Notes under the pieces: generated by a model
Databases searched by the model: none
What the model was told of the DNA's origin: nothing
The model's input: the letters and a program-made list of their open reading frames with translations, nothing else
In this document: piece after piece, positions 37,108-51,170 of the stretch
Layout of the letters: every line of letters starts with the position of its first letter
Numbering within the stretch: position 1 is the stretch's first letter
Assembly: GCF_006345805.1 (NCBI RefSeq)
Contig: NC_043015.1
Span: forward strand, 29,016,001-29,080,000
DNA length: 64,000 nt
Reading direction: 5' to 3'
Source of the DNA: Octopus sinensis
Taxonomy: Eukaryota
Translations under genes and position numbers: made by a program

Positions 37108-37636
37108 GTCTATTTCTTTACTACCCACGAGGGGCTAAACACAGAGGGGACAAACAAGGACAGACAAACGGATTAAGTTTGCCTTCAACCTGTAAGGAAG
37201 ACGGAGCACAACAGAAGAATGAAAACAAAAGAGACAGCGAATATGAGACAGAAAACATTGTGTCGGACGAGGAGAGTGGTGAAAGAGATCAGAGAAAGAT
37301 ACCTACAGGGAGAAATTTACGAAACCTTGTAGAATACGAAAAAAGTCTTGAAATCGAAAATAGAGTAACAAAGATGAAACATGTTAGAGTAAAATTGGCG
37401 AACCTATTTCTTTACTACCCACAAGGGGCTAAACACTGAGGGGACAAACAAGGACAGACAAACGGATTAAGTCGATTATATCGAGCCCAGTGCGTAACTG
37501 GTACTTAATTTATCGACCCTGAAAGGATGAAAGGCAAAGTCGACCTCGGCGGAAGTTGAACTCAGAATGTAGTGGCAGACGAAATACTGCTACGTATTTC
37601 ACCCGACGTGCTAACGTTTCTGCCAGCACGCCGCCT
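37108..37636 (-). mobile_element. Composite SINE B: full element, 226-bp foreign segment, second tail
   Basis: 13-bp TSD TACTTACTTGTAT at 37095-37107 and 37637-37649 encloses the whole unit. Confidence 0.8.
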
Positions 37637-37841
37637 TACTTACTTGTATACCAATATATCAGTTAGAACCAGGAAGTTTCCATATTTGCGACCAAATTTT
37701 CAATTCACACTGGTCCTTAATAACCAGACCCCCAGATACATTACATACATATGGCTTGTTATTGATAAGAAGGTTTTTAATTTTAGCATGTTTGTAGAAT
37801 ATTATTAACATTACTATCATGAATGTAAATTTTATAAAAAA

Positions 37842-38239
37842 CTAGCAGTATCGCCCGGCATTGCTCGGGTTTGTAAGGGAAATAACTATGTAAGCATTTT
37901 TAGAGAGTTATAGTCAAAAAATAGCAAAAAAATGCATTAAAAATGGAAAAAAAAATTATGGTAAATTTTTTAAAAAATCGTTGACTCATCGTAGACATTT
38001 TTAGAGAGTTACTTCCCTTATATAATAGCGAAAAAATGCATTAAAATGGAAAAAAATGATGGTAAATTTTTTTTAAATCGTAGACTCATTGTAGACGCAC
38101 GCTAATACCCAAAAGGACTCGATATGAATCATGACTATAAGATACCCACTTTTGGTTACACTGCACCGCAAAATGTGGGAGTAGTTAGGAATCTAAATCG
38201 TAGGAGACAGACACACAACTTTAGTTCTATATATAAAGA
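37842..38239 (-). mobile_element. Non-autonomous Helitron-like element (family H2)
   Basis: Minus strand A|TC start, CCCGAGC-AAT-GCCGGG hairpin, CTAG|T end; relative at 61010-61522. Confidence 0.8.
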
Positions 38240-38929
38240 TATCACTACTGTTAATGTCAATTAAATATTTTGTGTAAAGCATGTTATGTCCTGTGTTATA
38301 AGGTGTTCTTTTAATAATATGCTAATCTCATAGGAATTTGATTCATGTGATACATTTTATGTTTAGTTCTGTGTATTTTTAATAAGTGTGGCATTTGATG
38401 TATTTGTTCCATTGTGTGTTTTGTTCTAGGGTTTGGTCTGTTATTAATTTGTTAAAATACTCGTTAATGATTAATATTTGTTTCATGCTGTAGGTTTCAT
38501 TATTTTGCACTTTGTCTGTGGAGGAGGAGGAGCTAAATACTCTTGCATCTATTGAAAATACTCAACAAAGGAGCCACTTCATGGTTGCTAGAAATAATAG
38601 CTAAATCTCCTCAAATCAATCCCTCTCCATCATCTTAGATAATATGCCTGCACAAAGGAAAAACTAGGATGATCATGGCTAGAATGCCTTGACCACAGAT
38701 CTGCTCATTCATGCCTGACCTGGGGTTAAACAATGACAGTAACAATAAAAAAACTACATATAAGTATATACATAAATCAAATGCGTACTAACTATAGAAT
38801 AGATAACCATTATGAAAACACCCAATAAAAATATGTAAGATGCATTACACCACATGTTAATGATATATCACAAAAAAGCCTTATTAATTTAGTAACACAT
38901 GGGGTCCCCTAGTAGATTGTTAATACAAG

Positions 38930-39699
38930 GCAGTTAGCAAATTGGGTCAATGGGTTTCTCACAAACTTTCTGAGTCTAATCGTGTGCAGAGAGTGAATGT
39001 GTACTCTTTGCTGTCACATCTCACAAATGAACCTTTTTTGGACTGAATAGTGACTCGTGATGAGAAAGGGTTCTCTATAGAAATGTCAAGCACTGAAGAC
39101 AGTGTGTAGAGAAAGGAGAAACACCATCACCCCAGGCTGAAGATCTTCACCCGCGTTTGTTATCTGTTTGGTGGGATATGGAAGGCTTAGTTCACTTTGA
39201 ACTTTTAAACCCAAACTAAATGATAACAAAGGAGATCTACTGCGAGCAGCTTGAGTGGTTTAAGTCAGTGCTAGAAGAAAAATGACCATCTTTGCTTTCA
39301 AGATAAAAGGTGTTCTTCCATCAGGATAATGCTTGGTAATATACAGCAAGAATGACATTCCAAAGGCTGGAGCAGTTTGAATGGGAAACGATGCCCCACC
39401 CATCATATTCACCAGACATTGCCCCCATCTGATCCTCATTTATTCCGCAGTCTTCAAAATAATTTGGAATGAAAAATATGAATTCTGTAGTTGAGGTCAG
39501 AACAGTACTGGAGGAATATTTTTCGTCATAGACAAGTGAATTTTGGAAGAGGAGCTTTGCAAGTCAACCAGATGGATGGAAGAGGATTGTAGAAAATGAA
39601 GGAGAGTATATTTTAGATTATAAAAGAGCTTCGTTTATCTTAATTTTGAAAAATAAAAAAAGTGTAAGAAAACGGCATTATTTATGGGATGACTCAGTA
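38930..39699 (+). mobile_element. Mariner transposase fossil with 3' TIR, 5'-truncated
   Basis: KLGQWVSHKL, IVTRDEK, SVWWD, FHQDNA, HPSYSPDIAP(S)D motifs with stops; ends ATGGGATGACTCAG-TA. Confidence 0.9.
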
Positions 39700-39707
39700 T
39701 ATGTATT

Positions 39708-39741
<34 letters not shown>

Positions 39742-40391
39742 TATGAAGGTACATGACTCAGTGGTAAGTCTCATAATCATGAGGTAGTGAGTTCAATTCT
39801 CGGACCAGGTTGTGTTGTGTTCTTGAGCAAGACACTTTATTTCATGTTGCTCCAGTTCACTCAGCTGTAGAAATGAGTTATATATATATATGTAGATATA
39901 GACATAGATATATGATGGACATCCACACAGTATCCCTCTACCAAATTCACTCACATGGCAATGGTTGGCCCTGAGCTTTAGTAGAAGACATTTGCTCAAG
40001 GTGTCATGCAGTGGGAACTGAACCCAAAACAATATGGTTACGCAACAAGCTTCATAACCACACAGCCATGACAATTTTTTCTTTTTTTTTTTTTATAAAT
40101 AATATTCACTACATTTGAAGGTGCACCACTTAAAAGTAGCTGATTAGCATTACTTTAAGATTCCAGTGATTTCCATAATTTCTCTTGTATATCTTTACAT
40201 ATCTCTAGGATGTTCTGCTACTCCAGTTTGAGAACTACTTCAGTAAATAAATGAAAGAATTTTGAGGAATTTCCCAAATTATCTTCTAAGTTTCAGACGG
40301 ACTCTCATTCCAGTAATCCTTGTATGATAATGATAATTTTAAAAACTGATTGATCGACAATTTGGTAATAGTTATAGAAACATATGTAGTT

Positions 40392-40423
<32 letters not shown>

Positions 40424-40618
40424 TGGTGGTGGTGGGATAGTAGTGATAGTGAATTAGTTTAAAAATAATCTGAATGCAAAATGTAAAAAAAAGAGGAGTT
40501 TTTGGAACAGACAGGAAATTAATAATGAATAATTATTGTAGGATCAAAGAAAGACGCTGTTATAACTGCTTAAAATAAACTTTTAATTCTTTCTCTTTTG
40601 GAATGGAGAATAAAAAAA

Positions 40619-40649
<31 letters not shown>

Positions 40650-40892
40650 AATAATAATAATAATGATAAAATTAAAAAAAAAGAAAAGAAAAAGAAAATA
40701 ATCAGGAGAAGGGTATGATGAAGAAGGACGATGAAGATGAGGATGAGGATGATGGTATATGATATGTGTGTGTGTGTGGAGAGAAAGAGAGAGGGAGAGA
40801 GAGAGAGAGGAACAGAGACAGTATGTGTATCAATAATCAGGAAGTCAGTTTTTTTTCCTCCTGAATGAAATATTAGGGGGAGGGGAAACAAG

Positions 40893-40920
40893 TAATAGTA
40901 GTAGTAGTAGTAGTAGTAGT

Positions 40921-40970
<50 letters not shown>

Positions 40971-41197
40971 CAGTAGCAGTGGTGGTGGTGGTGGTGATGG
41001 TGGTGATTGTGGTGATGGTGTTGGTGATGGTGGTGGTGACAGTGGTAGCGGTGGTGGTTGTGGTGGTGATGAGCATACTTGTAATGGTAGCAGCACCATC
41101 ACCACCACCACCAAGAGCAATAGTTGTGGTGGCGGAAGTGGTAGCAGTGGCACTACCTGTGGCACTGGCAGAGGATGTGGTGGAGGTGGTGGTGTTG

Positions 41198-41231
<34 letters not shown>

Positions 41232-41240
41232 CAGCAGTGG
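40893..41240. repeat. Compound trinucleotide repeat (TAG)(CAG)(TGG)
   Basis: Direct reading. Confidence 0.9.
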
Positions 41241-41357
41241 TTGAATGCATGAAAGAATGAATGAATAAATACATAAATAAAAAAAAAAGCAATTCATTCC
41301 AAAAGAGTTTGATTAATTTTTGTGCTGTGTTCTTCACTCTCTCCATATCTTTTAAAT

Positions 41358-41895
41358 ATATGTGTGTATACATATGTGTGTGTGAGTGTGTGTGAGTTTG
41401 TGCATGTGTGTATATGTATGTATGTATGCATATATGTATATGCGTGTGTGTATACATATATATGTGTGTGTATGTGTGTGCGTGTGCGTGTGTGTGTGTT
41501 CGTGCATGTGTGTATATGTATGTATGTATGTATATATGTGTGTATGTGTGTGTGTATACATATATATATGTGTGTATGTGTGTGCGTGTGCGTGTGTGTG
41601 TGTTCGTGCATGTGTGTATATGTATGTATGTATGTATATATGTGTGTATGTGTGTGTGTATACATATATATGTGTGTGTATGTGTGTGCGTGTGCGTGTG
41701 TGTGTGTTCGTGCATGTGTGTATATGTATGTATGTATGTATATATGTGTGTATGTGTGTGTGTATATATATATAAATATATATATGTGTGTGTGTGAGTG
41801 CATGTGTGTATACATATATATGTGTGTGTATGTGTGTGCGTGTGTGTGCGTTCGTGCTGTGTGTATATGTATGTATGTATGTATATATGCGTGTA

Positions 41896-41954
<59 letters not shown>

Positions 41955-42175
41955 ATATGTGTGTGTTCATGTGTGTGTGTTTGTGCATGTGTTTATATGT
42001 ATGTATGTATATATGTGTGTATGTATGTGTGTGTGTGTGTGTGTTTGTGCATGTGTTTATATGTATGTATGTATATATGTGTGTATGTATGTGTGTGTGT
42101 GTGTGTGTGTTTGTGCATGTGTGTATATATATGTATGTGTGTGTGTGTGTGTGCATGTATACATAAATGTGTATT
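41358..42175. repeat. Higher-order minisatellite built from TG/TA/TATG microsatellites
   Basis: TTCGTGC anchor at 41499, 41603 and 41707 (104-bp period); about 65-bp period from 41980 to 42130. Confidence 0.85.
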
Positions 42176-42522
42176 AATATCTGATTCTTTTCCCTTCTTC
42201 CTCTTCTGCTTCTCCGTCCCTTCGCCGACACCAGCATCCCATCCCACCCACCACTCTTCATTATACCAAACTACAAAGTGCCATACCAAATTCTGACCTA
42301 TTTCATAGACATCATATTCAAATAGCATTTTATGATCTTTCTTTCTTTCTTTCAGTTCCCTCCATCTTTATAGATCAATCTCTTTGACTGCGATTCGAGG
42401 AATATTTTTATTCCAAAAAGAAGGAAAAAAAAAGTCAAAATGAAAAAGAAAAAGAAACAATGCTTAAAAAAAAAAAAAATAAGGGGAAGGCAAAAAAAAA
42501 ATTTCAACAACAACAACGGCAA

Positions 42523-42563
<41 letters not shown>

Positions 42564-42712
42564 AAAAACTTTGTAGTTTTGATTTCAAGTGTTTATTGAA
42601 TATTTCCAGAAAGCTGTTTAGAAATGGTTTTAGATGGCATATCAAGTGTATCACTAATTTTGTCATTTACTTCAAGAAGTCTTTTCAGTGTTTGTAGTTG
42701 ATAGAGTAGAAG

Positions 42713-42753
<41 letters not shown>

Positions 42754-43044
42754 TAGAGATGTGTATATGCTTTAATATATATATTTATTTTTGAGGACAT
42801 ATCATACATACCTACAAACACAAAAACACACACATTCCCACAAATACATACATATATATATATACATGCATATACATGAATATATATATATATACATGCA
42901 TATACATGAATATATATACATAAATATATACATACATATATACACATATATATACACATATATATATATACACATATATATACACATATATATATACATA
43001 CATATATATATATATATATATAATATATATATATATATATACAT

Positions 43045-43084
<40 letters not shown>

Positions 43085-44356
43085 CAGTCTTTGATCTTTC
43101 ATTCCCCCTCTCTCACATTTCTTTGCCTTCTCTTCTTGCTCACTTTCCCTCCACTTTTCACTTCAATGTGTCCCTGTCATTTTTTTCTTGCCCCTCCTTA
43201 ATTCTTCTGTCCCTCTGCCTCTACCTCACTCTCTTCTCTTCCCACGTGACAGGCATTTGGTCAAGCCTGATCTTTCTTTCTTGGTCTGGCCATTGTCCAT
43301 GCAACATCGATATTCCTCCTTCTGTCTGTGAAATCTTGTATCCCTGCCGTAAGGCTTCATTTCCCCACATGCCAGCTTAATTTAATTCGTCCTTAGTCGA
43401 AAGACACCTGTTGTTATGTCCTGTTATTACTTTTATTGTATTTGTGTAACATTGTCCATTTTTTTTCCATCCTTGTTTTTGTATACATTCGCTGCTTTCT
43501 TCCAAGGAATCTAATGCTCTTAGCTCAGTTTTTTTCTTGGAGCTGGCCAGATTGGAGCAATCTCAAGTATAACTAGCTGATTGTATAACAGGAGATTGGA
43601 AAAAGTTTTGGTATTATTTTTTCCCCATTACACATGTTTCATTTGCTAACAGGAGTTAAAAAATTGTACATGTTGGAGAAACATGTAAAATATCTCTTAA
43701 TAGAAATTCTTCAGATACGGAATCTATACAAATCATATCATATAACTCCACAAAATTGTTAAAGAAGCAACATGAAGCCTTCTCTATGTGTGCCCATAAT
43801 TTTTTTAAATCATCTAAATTTTACCACAAGTCTAATTGCAGTAAAATAATTACCTCTGATTCTCACTAATATATAGTTTAGCTCAGATGAGCTCACTTAA
43901 TTAAATTAAGTATACCTACAGTATCATCATATCCGTTTATTGTTTATTTCATAGATAATCATTTTTTCCTTTAATTCCTATTTATGCATCCCAGCTAGAT
44001 TATAATTAATGGAATCCCCTTTCAGTTACAACACTATTGTTATTAACAGAACACCACTAGGCCTTCTCTCCTCACAGTTACAGAGTTATGCAATAGGTAG
44101 TAATATATATATAATTAATTTAACTCCCAAGATTTTTTCACTGATTTACTTTATATAGATATCTATTGTCCATTGTCCATTATTACTATATTTGCTTCAT
44201 CCTTGGGCCCTATAATTTCCCTCTACTAGAAGTTGTTAAAAAATGTCTTTTAATTATTTTTATTTATCATTTTTAAGTTTTTATTTTTTATTCTTCTATT
44301 CCCAATGAGCATACATATTCATTAACCCTACAAATTTTAAAATTTTAAATAATATT

Positions 44357-44686
44357 AGGCGTAGGAGTGGCTGTGTGGTAAGTAGCTTGCTTATGAACCA
44401 CATGGTTCCAGGTTCAGTCCCACTGCGTGGAACCTTGGGCAAGTGTCTTCTAATATAGCCTCGGGCCGACCAAAGCCTTGTGAGTGGATTTGGTAGACGG
44501 AAACTGAAAGAAGCCCGTCGTATATATGTATATATATGTATGTGTGTGTATATGTTTGTGTGTCTGTGTTTGTCCCCCCAACATCGCTTGACAACCGATG
44601 CTGGTGTGTTTACGTCCCTGTAACTTAGCAGTTCGGCAAAAGGGACCGATAGAATAAGTACTAGGCTTACAAAGAATAAGTCCTGG
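44357..44686 (+). mobile_element. SINE family A, 3'-truncated
   Basis: Family A match. Confidence 0.85.
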
Positions 44687-44699
44687 CGTTGGATGCAAA

Positions 44700-45225
44700 C
44701 ACAGCATTAGAGCAGAAAAAAACAACACAGTAAGGAGGTCAGGCTTGTGTAGGATGGAAGATTGCAAAGATAAAGTATGGTGCAAGCACTTGAAAATGAA
44801 TGAAGCTGAAAATAGGTGGATAAAGAAAAGAATGCATAGACAATTTCATAGGGATGTTGAAGATAAGACAGGCACAGAAAAAAGATGGCTATGGAGGACT
44901 AAGAGTGATTTAAAACTGCAAATGGAGGCTCTAATTTGTGCTGCCGAAGAGCAAGCATTAAGAGCCAACTACATCAAATACAGAATAGACAACACATCAG
45001 AAAGTGATAAGTGCAGAATTTGTGGACAAAATGGTAAAACCGTATGGTATATTACCAATCGTTGTACATCACTAGCCCAGAAAGAATATAAGAAATGTCA
45101 TGACAACATAGCAAGGATTGTCCATTGGACACTTTGCAACAAGTACGGACTTGACAGAGCAAAAACAAAGTGGTATGAACATAAACCCAAAGGCATCATC
45201 AAAAATGATGCTGCTGCTGCTGCTG
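44700..45225 (+). mobile_element. R4/Dong-like non-LTR retrotransposon fragment (post-RT and zinc-knuckle region)
   Basis: EALICAAEEQALRANYIK...KCRICGQNGKTVWYITNRCTSLAQKEYKKCHDNIARIVHWTLCNKYGL...WYEHKP. Confidence 0.8.
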
Positions 45226-45242
45226 CTACTGATGATGATGAA

Positions 45243-45740
45243 TGCCCTGATGCAGTACCAGGCAGTGGCTCTCATGGCTTCTGATCTTAACTGATTGGAA
45301 GTGTTATCATCTACATGTTTTGTCTTGGTATAAAAAGATGGGCTACAGCAAATATTCTGCTCAATACCACAGATTTGCTTGTCAGTTGTTTGACCGTAAC
45401 CAGTTGAGCATGTCCCTTGGTGGCTGACGATATGTGCATCTCTGATCACGAGCAGAAGTAGTGGGGGAGCATCATAGCCATGTGTTGAGAGGGATTCGAT
45501 GCCCTGATGCAGTACCAGGCAGTGGCTCTCATGGCTTCTGATTTTAACTGATTGGAAGTGTTATCATGTACATGTTTTGTCTTGGTATAAAAAGATGGGC
45601 TACAGCAAATATTCTGCTCAATACCACAGATTTGCTTGTCAGTTGTTTGACCTTAACCTTAGTGGCTGATGATATGTGCTTCTCTGAATATGAGCAGAAG
45701 TAGTAGGGGAGCATCTTAGCCATGTGTTGAAAGGAATTCT
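45243..45740 (+). repeat. Tandem duplication of a ~255-bp SINE-like segment
   Basis: TGCCCTGATGCAGTACCAGGCAGTGGC... repeated at about 45243 and 45500. Confidence 0.8.
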
Positions 45741-46091
45741 TCAGGGTTTTAAATAATTCACCTTTGGAAACATGGGTGTTCGTTCAACATCCTTAAATAA
45801 TCCATATTCAGGGACCTTTTGAGCGGGATGGGCTACTCAACCCGAAGAAAATTCTAACTGGGCCCCACCTGCAAGGTCATGTACTGTTTATCTTGATATG
45901 AGATCACCATGTCACACACATATGGTTGTGATGAATGTGCCTGGTGTACCCTTATCAGACGGGAAGTCATGATGGGTACAGTGGACTTCGTATATTTGTA
46001 CGCCAGTGTCACTTTGATGGCATGCACTGCTCTCTCACTCAATAATGATAATAATAATAATAATAAATAATAATAATAATAATAATAATAA

Positions 46092-46122
<31 letters not shown>

Positions 46123-47170
46123 AAAAAGAAGAGGCAATACAAAGATGAAAACTTGAAATAGATTTTTTAAAAAGTTGGGGGAGAAAAACAAAAGAATAAT
46201 AAAGGCAAAATTGTAAAGAACAAAAAATCTGCAAATTATGAGAAAAAAAAAGAACCTCCCTCACTCATGCATAAAAAAAGAAGAAAAGACGGATGGAATG
46301 CAATAAAAAGCTTAAAAAAAAAAACACGTAAATGGTCAATATCTATAGCTCGGAATTGAGTAATTTTCACTAGTAACAATTTTTATTGGAATTACATGAA
46401 AATAAAATAAAGTCATGCTTATCTATCAATGAAATTTATATATTTAAAAAAAAAAAAATTTTATATTTGTCAAGATGAAAAATAGACCAAATAAAAATAA
46501 AAACAAAAACAATCAATGAACAAATAGAACCACTATGCGATTGATTAAAGCGTTGTTCTTTAAATTCAATATTTTGCTTTGGTTCCATTTAGAAATTCTT
46601 GGCAGTTTGATTTCTTTCATTTTTTTGTTGATGTATTTTTACATTCCATATTTTTTTTTAAAGAAGTTTTATGCATCAATAAAGTTATTAATCCTACTTG
46701 TGTTATATTTATATTTTTATATTAGTTTATTTTTATTCAGATTTATATTTTTGAGAAGAGGAAATTTTATGTTGTAGTTAAATTTATCATAAAGTTTTAT
46801 ATACATACGTATATATATATATACATATATGTACTCACACACACACACACACATATACATATATATATATATATAATGTATCTCATTCTGTTAATTCGAG
46901 ATATATATATATGTATATATGTATATGTAAACACACATGTATATAAATTTTATGTTGAAGTTAAATTTATTTATCATGAAGTTTTATGTACATATATATA
47001 TATATATATATATATTTATTCTTTTATTTGTTTCAGTCATCTGATTGTGGCCATGCTGGAGCACCGCCTTTAAAAAATTTGAACACAGGTGAAATACAGC
47101 TAAGCATTTCGCCCGGTGCGCTGATGTTTCTGCCAGCTTACCATCTTAAATGTATATGTGTGTGTGTGTT

Positions 47171-47208
<38 letters not shown>

Positions 47209-47257
47209 AATAGAGAGAGGGATATATATATATATACACAGATAGATAGATAGATAA

Positions 47258-47294
<37 letters not shown>

Positions 47295-47764
47295 AGATAG
47301 ATAGATTCATATGTACATATTCATTCATACATATCTCTGTCTGTCTGTCTGTCTATATGTCTGCCTACCTGTCAGCCTGTCTGCCTGTCTATATGTATGA
47401 ATGTATGCATATGCATATGTGAGTGTACATATTTATGTGTTTGTGCAACTGTGAATGATATATATATTTTAGTGGCTTATTCAACCGGACTGGTAAAGAA
47501 AAAAGCCACTAAGGTGACACTGGAAGCCTCTTTCAACACCAATATAATTATATCTTCATACATGAATATACATGTACCTTTGCATGTATGTCTGTGTGTA
47601 TACATGTATGTACATATATATGAATGTATGTATAATTCTGTAATACATTTTAAAACCTTTTTAATATTAGAGTTATATGAACATTTTTGAAAGTTGATTA
47701 GATTCAGTGAATTAGAGACAGAATTCATTTATAAGAGTGTCATGGTTTTGCAGGAAGAGAAAGA

Positions 47765-48132
47765 TTGCAAGTTGAAAGATTAAGTCTACAGGAGCTGATG
47801 GAATTCTTATGGACTCGGTAAACACCCACAAAGTTATCAACCACCTCACCAACAACAACACTGAACACCTTTTTGACCTCCATGTGTCCAACACACATGG
47901 ACATGCCTACAAAGTCAGAAAACAACACAGCTCCCATGACTTTCGGAAACATTTTTTCACGCTCAGAATTGCTGAAGCATGGAACAAACTGCCTGTGTCA
48001 GCTGTTGACTGCCATGACACTGCATGCTTTCCGAAATCCGCCGAAACTACACCTGATTATACATACACTTTAGATGAGTTGTAGTGCACCTGAGCACTGT
48101 ACACAATGTTTTTATTATTATTATTATTATTC
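47765..48132 (+). mobile_element. CR1-type LINE 3' end with (TTA)n tail
   Basis: THGHAYKVRKQ...RKHFFTLRIAEAWNKLP. Confidence 0.82.
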
Positions 48133-48261
48133 TGCTAAAATATCTGCATACTTATGGCAGGATTTCATCTGTTCTTTGGAAAACCCCCAAAATATAAATC
48201 TATTCTTTCGCTATCACTTGTCCAAAATAATTTGAGATTCTCTTGTACATTCTTTAATACT

Positions 48262-48490
48262 TTAACCCTTTAGCATTTAAACTGGCCATATCTGGCCCAA
48301 ATTTTCTACTTCTTTTATGTTCAAACCATCAGGATCTGGCCTCTCACTCATATCCTACAATGACATCCTCAAAATAAACCAGCACATCATCAAATTCTCA
48401 GAGCTACAAAATAATGCAAGATTAATTCAAAAACAATTGGAATGAAAAAGCATTATATTTGACAGAGTAATCTGAACACTAAAGGGTTAA
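48262..48490. mobile_element. piggyBac-like MITE (family 2)
   Basis: TTAA-CCCTTTAG ... CTAAAGGG-TTAA. Confidence 0.85.
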
Positions 48491-48726
48491 AACTAGATAG
48501 AGACAGAGAAGACAGCAGAGGATGAGAAAAAAGAGAGAGGAAAGAAGGGAGGAAAGAGAGAGAAAGACAAGGAAGGATATGAGGAAAGATATATTTAAAA
48601 GCTTAACTAATCTTGTAATTTTCGTCTGACAATCAGGAACATTGTAAAGAAATACTATATTTGACCAATTTTATATTGATTAACTGCAACCGAAAACAAA
48701 AATTCCAAATCTAAAACCCCAAGAGT

Positions 48727-48946
48727 TACTCTTTTACTCTTTTACTTGTTTCAGTCATTTGACTGCGGCCATGCTGGAGCACCGCCTATAATCAAGCAAC
48801 TCGACCCCGGGACTTATTCTTTTGTAAGCCCAATACTTATTCTATCGGACTCTTTTGCTGAACCGCTAAGTAACGGGGACGTAAACACACCAGCATCGGT
48901 TGTCAAGCAATGCTAGGGGACAAACACAGACACACAAACACACACA

Positions 48947-48994
<48 letters not shown>

Positions 48995-49160
48995 TACGAC
49001 AGGCTTCTTTCAGTTTCCGTCTACCAAATCCAATCACAAGGCTTTGATCGGCTCGAGGCTATAGTAGAAGACACTTGCCCAAGGTGCCACACAGTGGGAC
49101 TGAACCCGAAACCATGTGGTTGGTAAGCAAGCTACTTACCACACAGCCACTCCTGCGCCT
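48727..49160 (-). mobile_element. SINE family A flanked by a ~150-bp direct repeat
   Basis: 48579-48729 repeated at 49161-49310. Confidence 0.88.
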
Positions 49161-50482
49161 ATGAGGAAAGATATATTTAAAAGCTTAACTAATCTTGTAA
49201 TTTTCGTCTGACAATCAGGAACATTGTAAAGAAATACTATATTTGACCATTTTTATATTGATTAACTGCAACTGAAAACCGAAATTCCAAACCTAAAACC
49301 CAAGAGTTACATATTTTCCCCACAGAATTATTACATATTGTTGTTTTATAAGTATAAACAAGTTTCTAACAACCAAAGAATTTCCACCAAAGAATTTAAT
49401 CCACTTCTCATTTCGCCTTTTCCTTTGATTGACTTCCACAAAAGAACCAAAATATTCTCATGCTTTTAATAGTTCTTTGCAACAATAAGGTGGTTCGCTG
49501 AAGACAATTTGCTTCCAAACAGATCAATAGCATCCTTTTTCTGAACACAGCGAAGATCTTTGCAGTATTCTAAGCTCCTCTGTTGCTCAGTTAGTTATTT
49601 ATTTTCCTTTTCTTTCTTCCATAGACTTTGTATAAATATCAATAGCTGCAGTAATACAACATTTTCAATAACTTTTAAAGTTGGCTGCTTTTAATCTCAA
49701 CACAGCTTTTACAAAAGTTCTCCTTTGTGCAAGTCACATGACTTAATATGGAGGCCTGATGTACCCACAGATTGATTTATATGCATGGTAGTTTTTCCTC
49801 CGTTCTTAACTGCATCCACTAATCAATGATGTGCTTTATCATTACACCTATATAGCTTACACAGTGAGCTGAGTAGTGTAAGATTTATTATTACTTTATT
49901 TTTCTGATATAACAGAACACGATATGCTCCGACAGATTACTGGTGCAATTAAGAATACAAACAAAAACAGATTAAAAGAATAGAAATTTCAATAAAATGG
50001 CCTATTTTTCACCACAACCAACATCAACAGCACAATTAGCAACACCATCAACTGAATAATTTAATAAAAAAGTCACAATAAATGCTGTTATATATTCATT
50101 TTGATTATTTTGGAATAGATCTGAGATGAAGATAAAAGGGAGACAATCATTAATAATCTGCTAATTTAAGTAACATTGATCAGCTTCGGCTAGGCTGAGT
50201 ATTTTTTTTCCCCCTTTTGTTTATGTTATATGTTACTTTTGATTTTTTTTCGTCTGTTGTAAAATTTTCAAAGAAACATTTCAAGATGATTATGTTATGA
50301 ATAATAAGAACACCAACCCCCAACCCCCCAAAAATGGCTTGTTTGCAAATGAGGGAATTATATACTATAATTAGTAGTAAATGCTGTAGAAACACACATT
50401 CACACTGGTATATACATGCATGTTCAAGAAACATGAAATATTTTCAATTATACATTACACAGCACACATATATATATACTCA

Positions 50483-51170
50483 CATACATACATACATACA
50501 TACATACATACATACATACATACATACATACATACACACATACACACATACATACATACATACATACATACATAGATACGTGCATACATACATACATACA
50601 TACATACACACATACATGGTGGCTGCCCCCTCGTTATCGAGTATGGCCATTGCACAAAGCTTAATCAATGTTGTTATCGTGCAATGCCTGTGCAAGAAGA
50701 TTTTTTTTAAAGCGAGGAAAGGCTGTGCACTGAGTCAATCCCACTCACTAAGCAACAGCAGCCATAATCTCAAAAGAAGAACAAGTCGACATCATCGGTA
50801 ACCACTGAGCAGCAAGTTTTATGTTGGAGTTATCCCAGTTTCCTGAGTTGCCTTCTCCTAGAAGGATGCCCTAACAAAGGCTAGGAGTCCTTCACTCCCA
50901 ATGGTTTAACCGCGCGATTGGGTATTCAGTCCGATTATTTCTATGTCCCTGCACATGATACAGCTTTAAAGCATTTATTGGATGGCCGTTGACTCTTAAG
51001 AATTCCTCTGCCCTTTGACGGGTTTTGTTTTTCATCCTGCAGAGTGTCCAATAAACACCCTCCTCACCAAGCAAGCTTGGTGGGGTTGCCGGTTTAGTCG
51101 CCAATGACCTGACCATACAACAGGTTGTACTGTGTTACATGTTACCAGTAGCACTCGAAAGTGACCTGAC
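50483..51170 (-). mobile_element. Bipartite non-autonomous RTE derivative (5' UTR, ~50-bp 3' end, (TATG)n tail)
   Basis: The 5' part matches the RTE 5' end at 20300-20455. The 3' part (50618-50666) matches the zinc-finger RTE end at 1175-1209. Confidence 0.75.
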
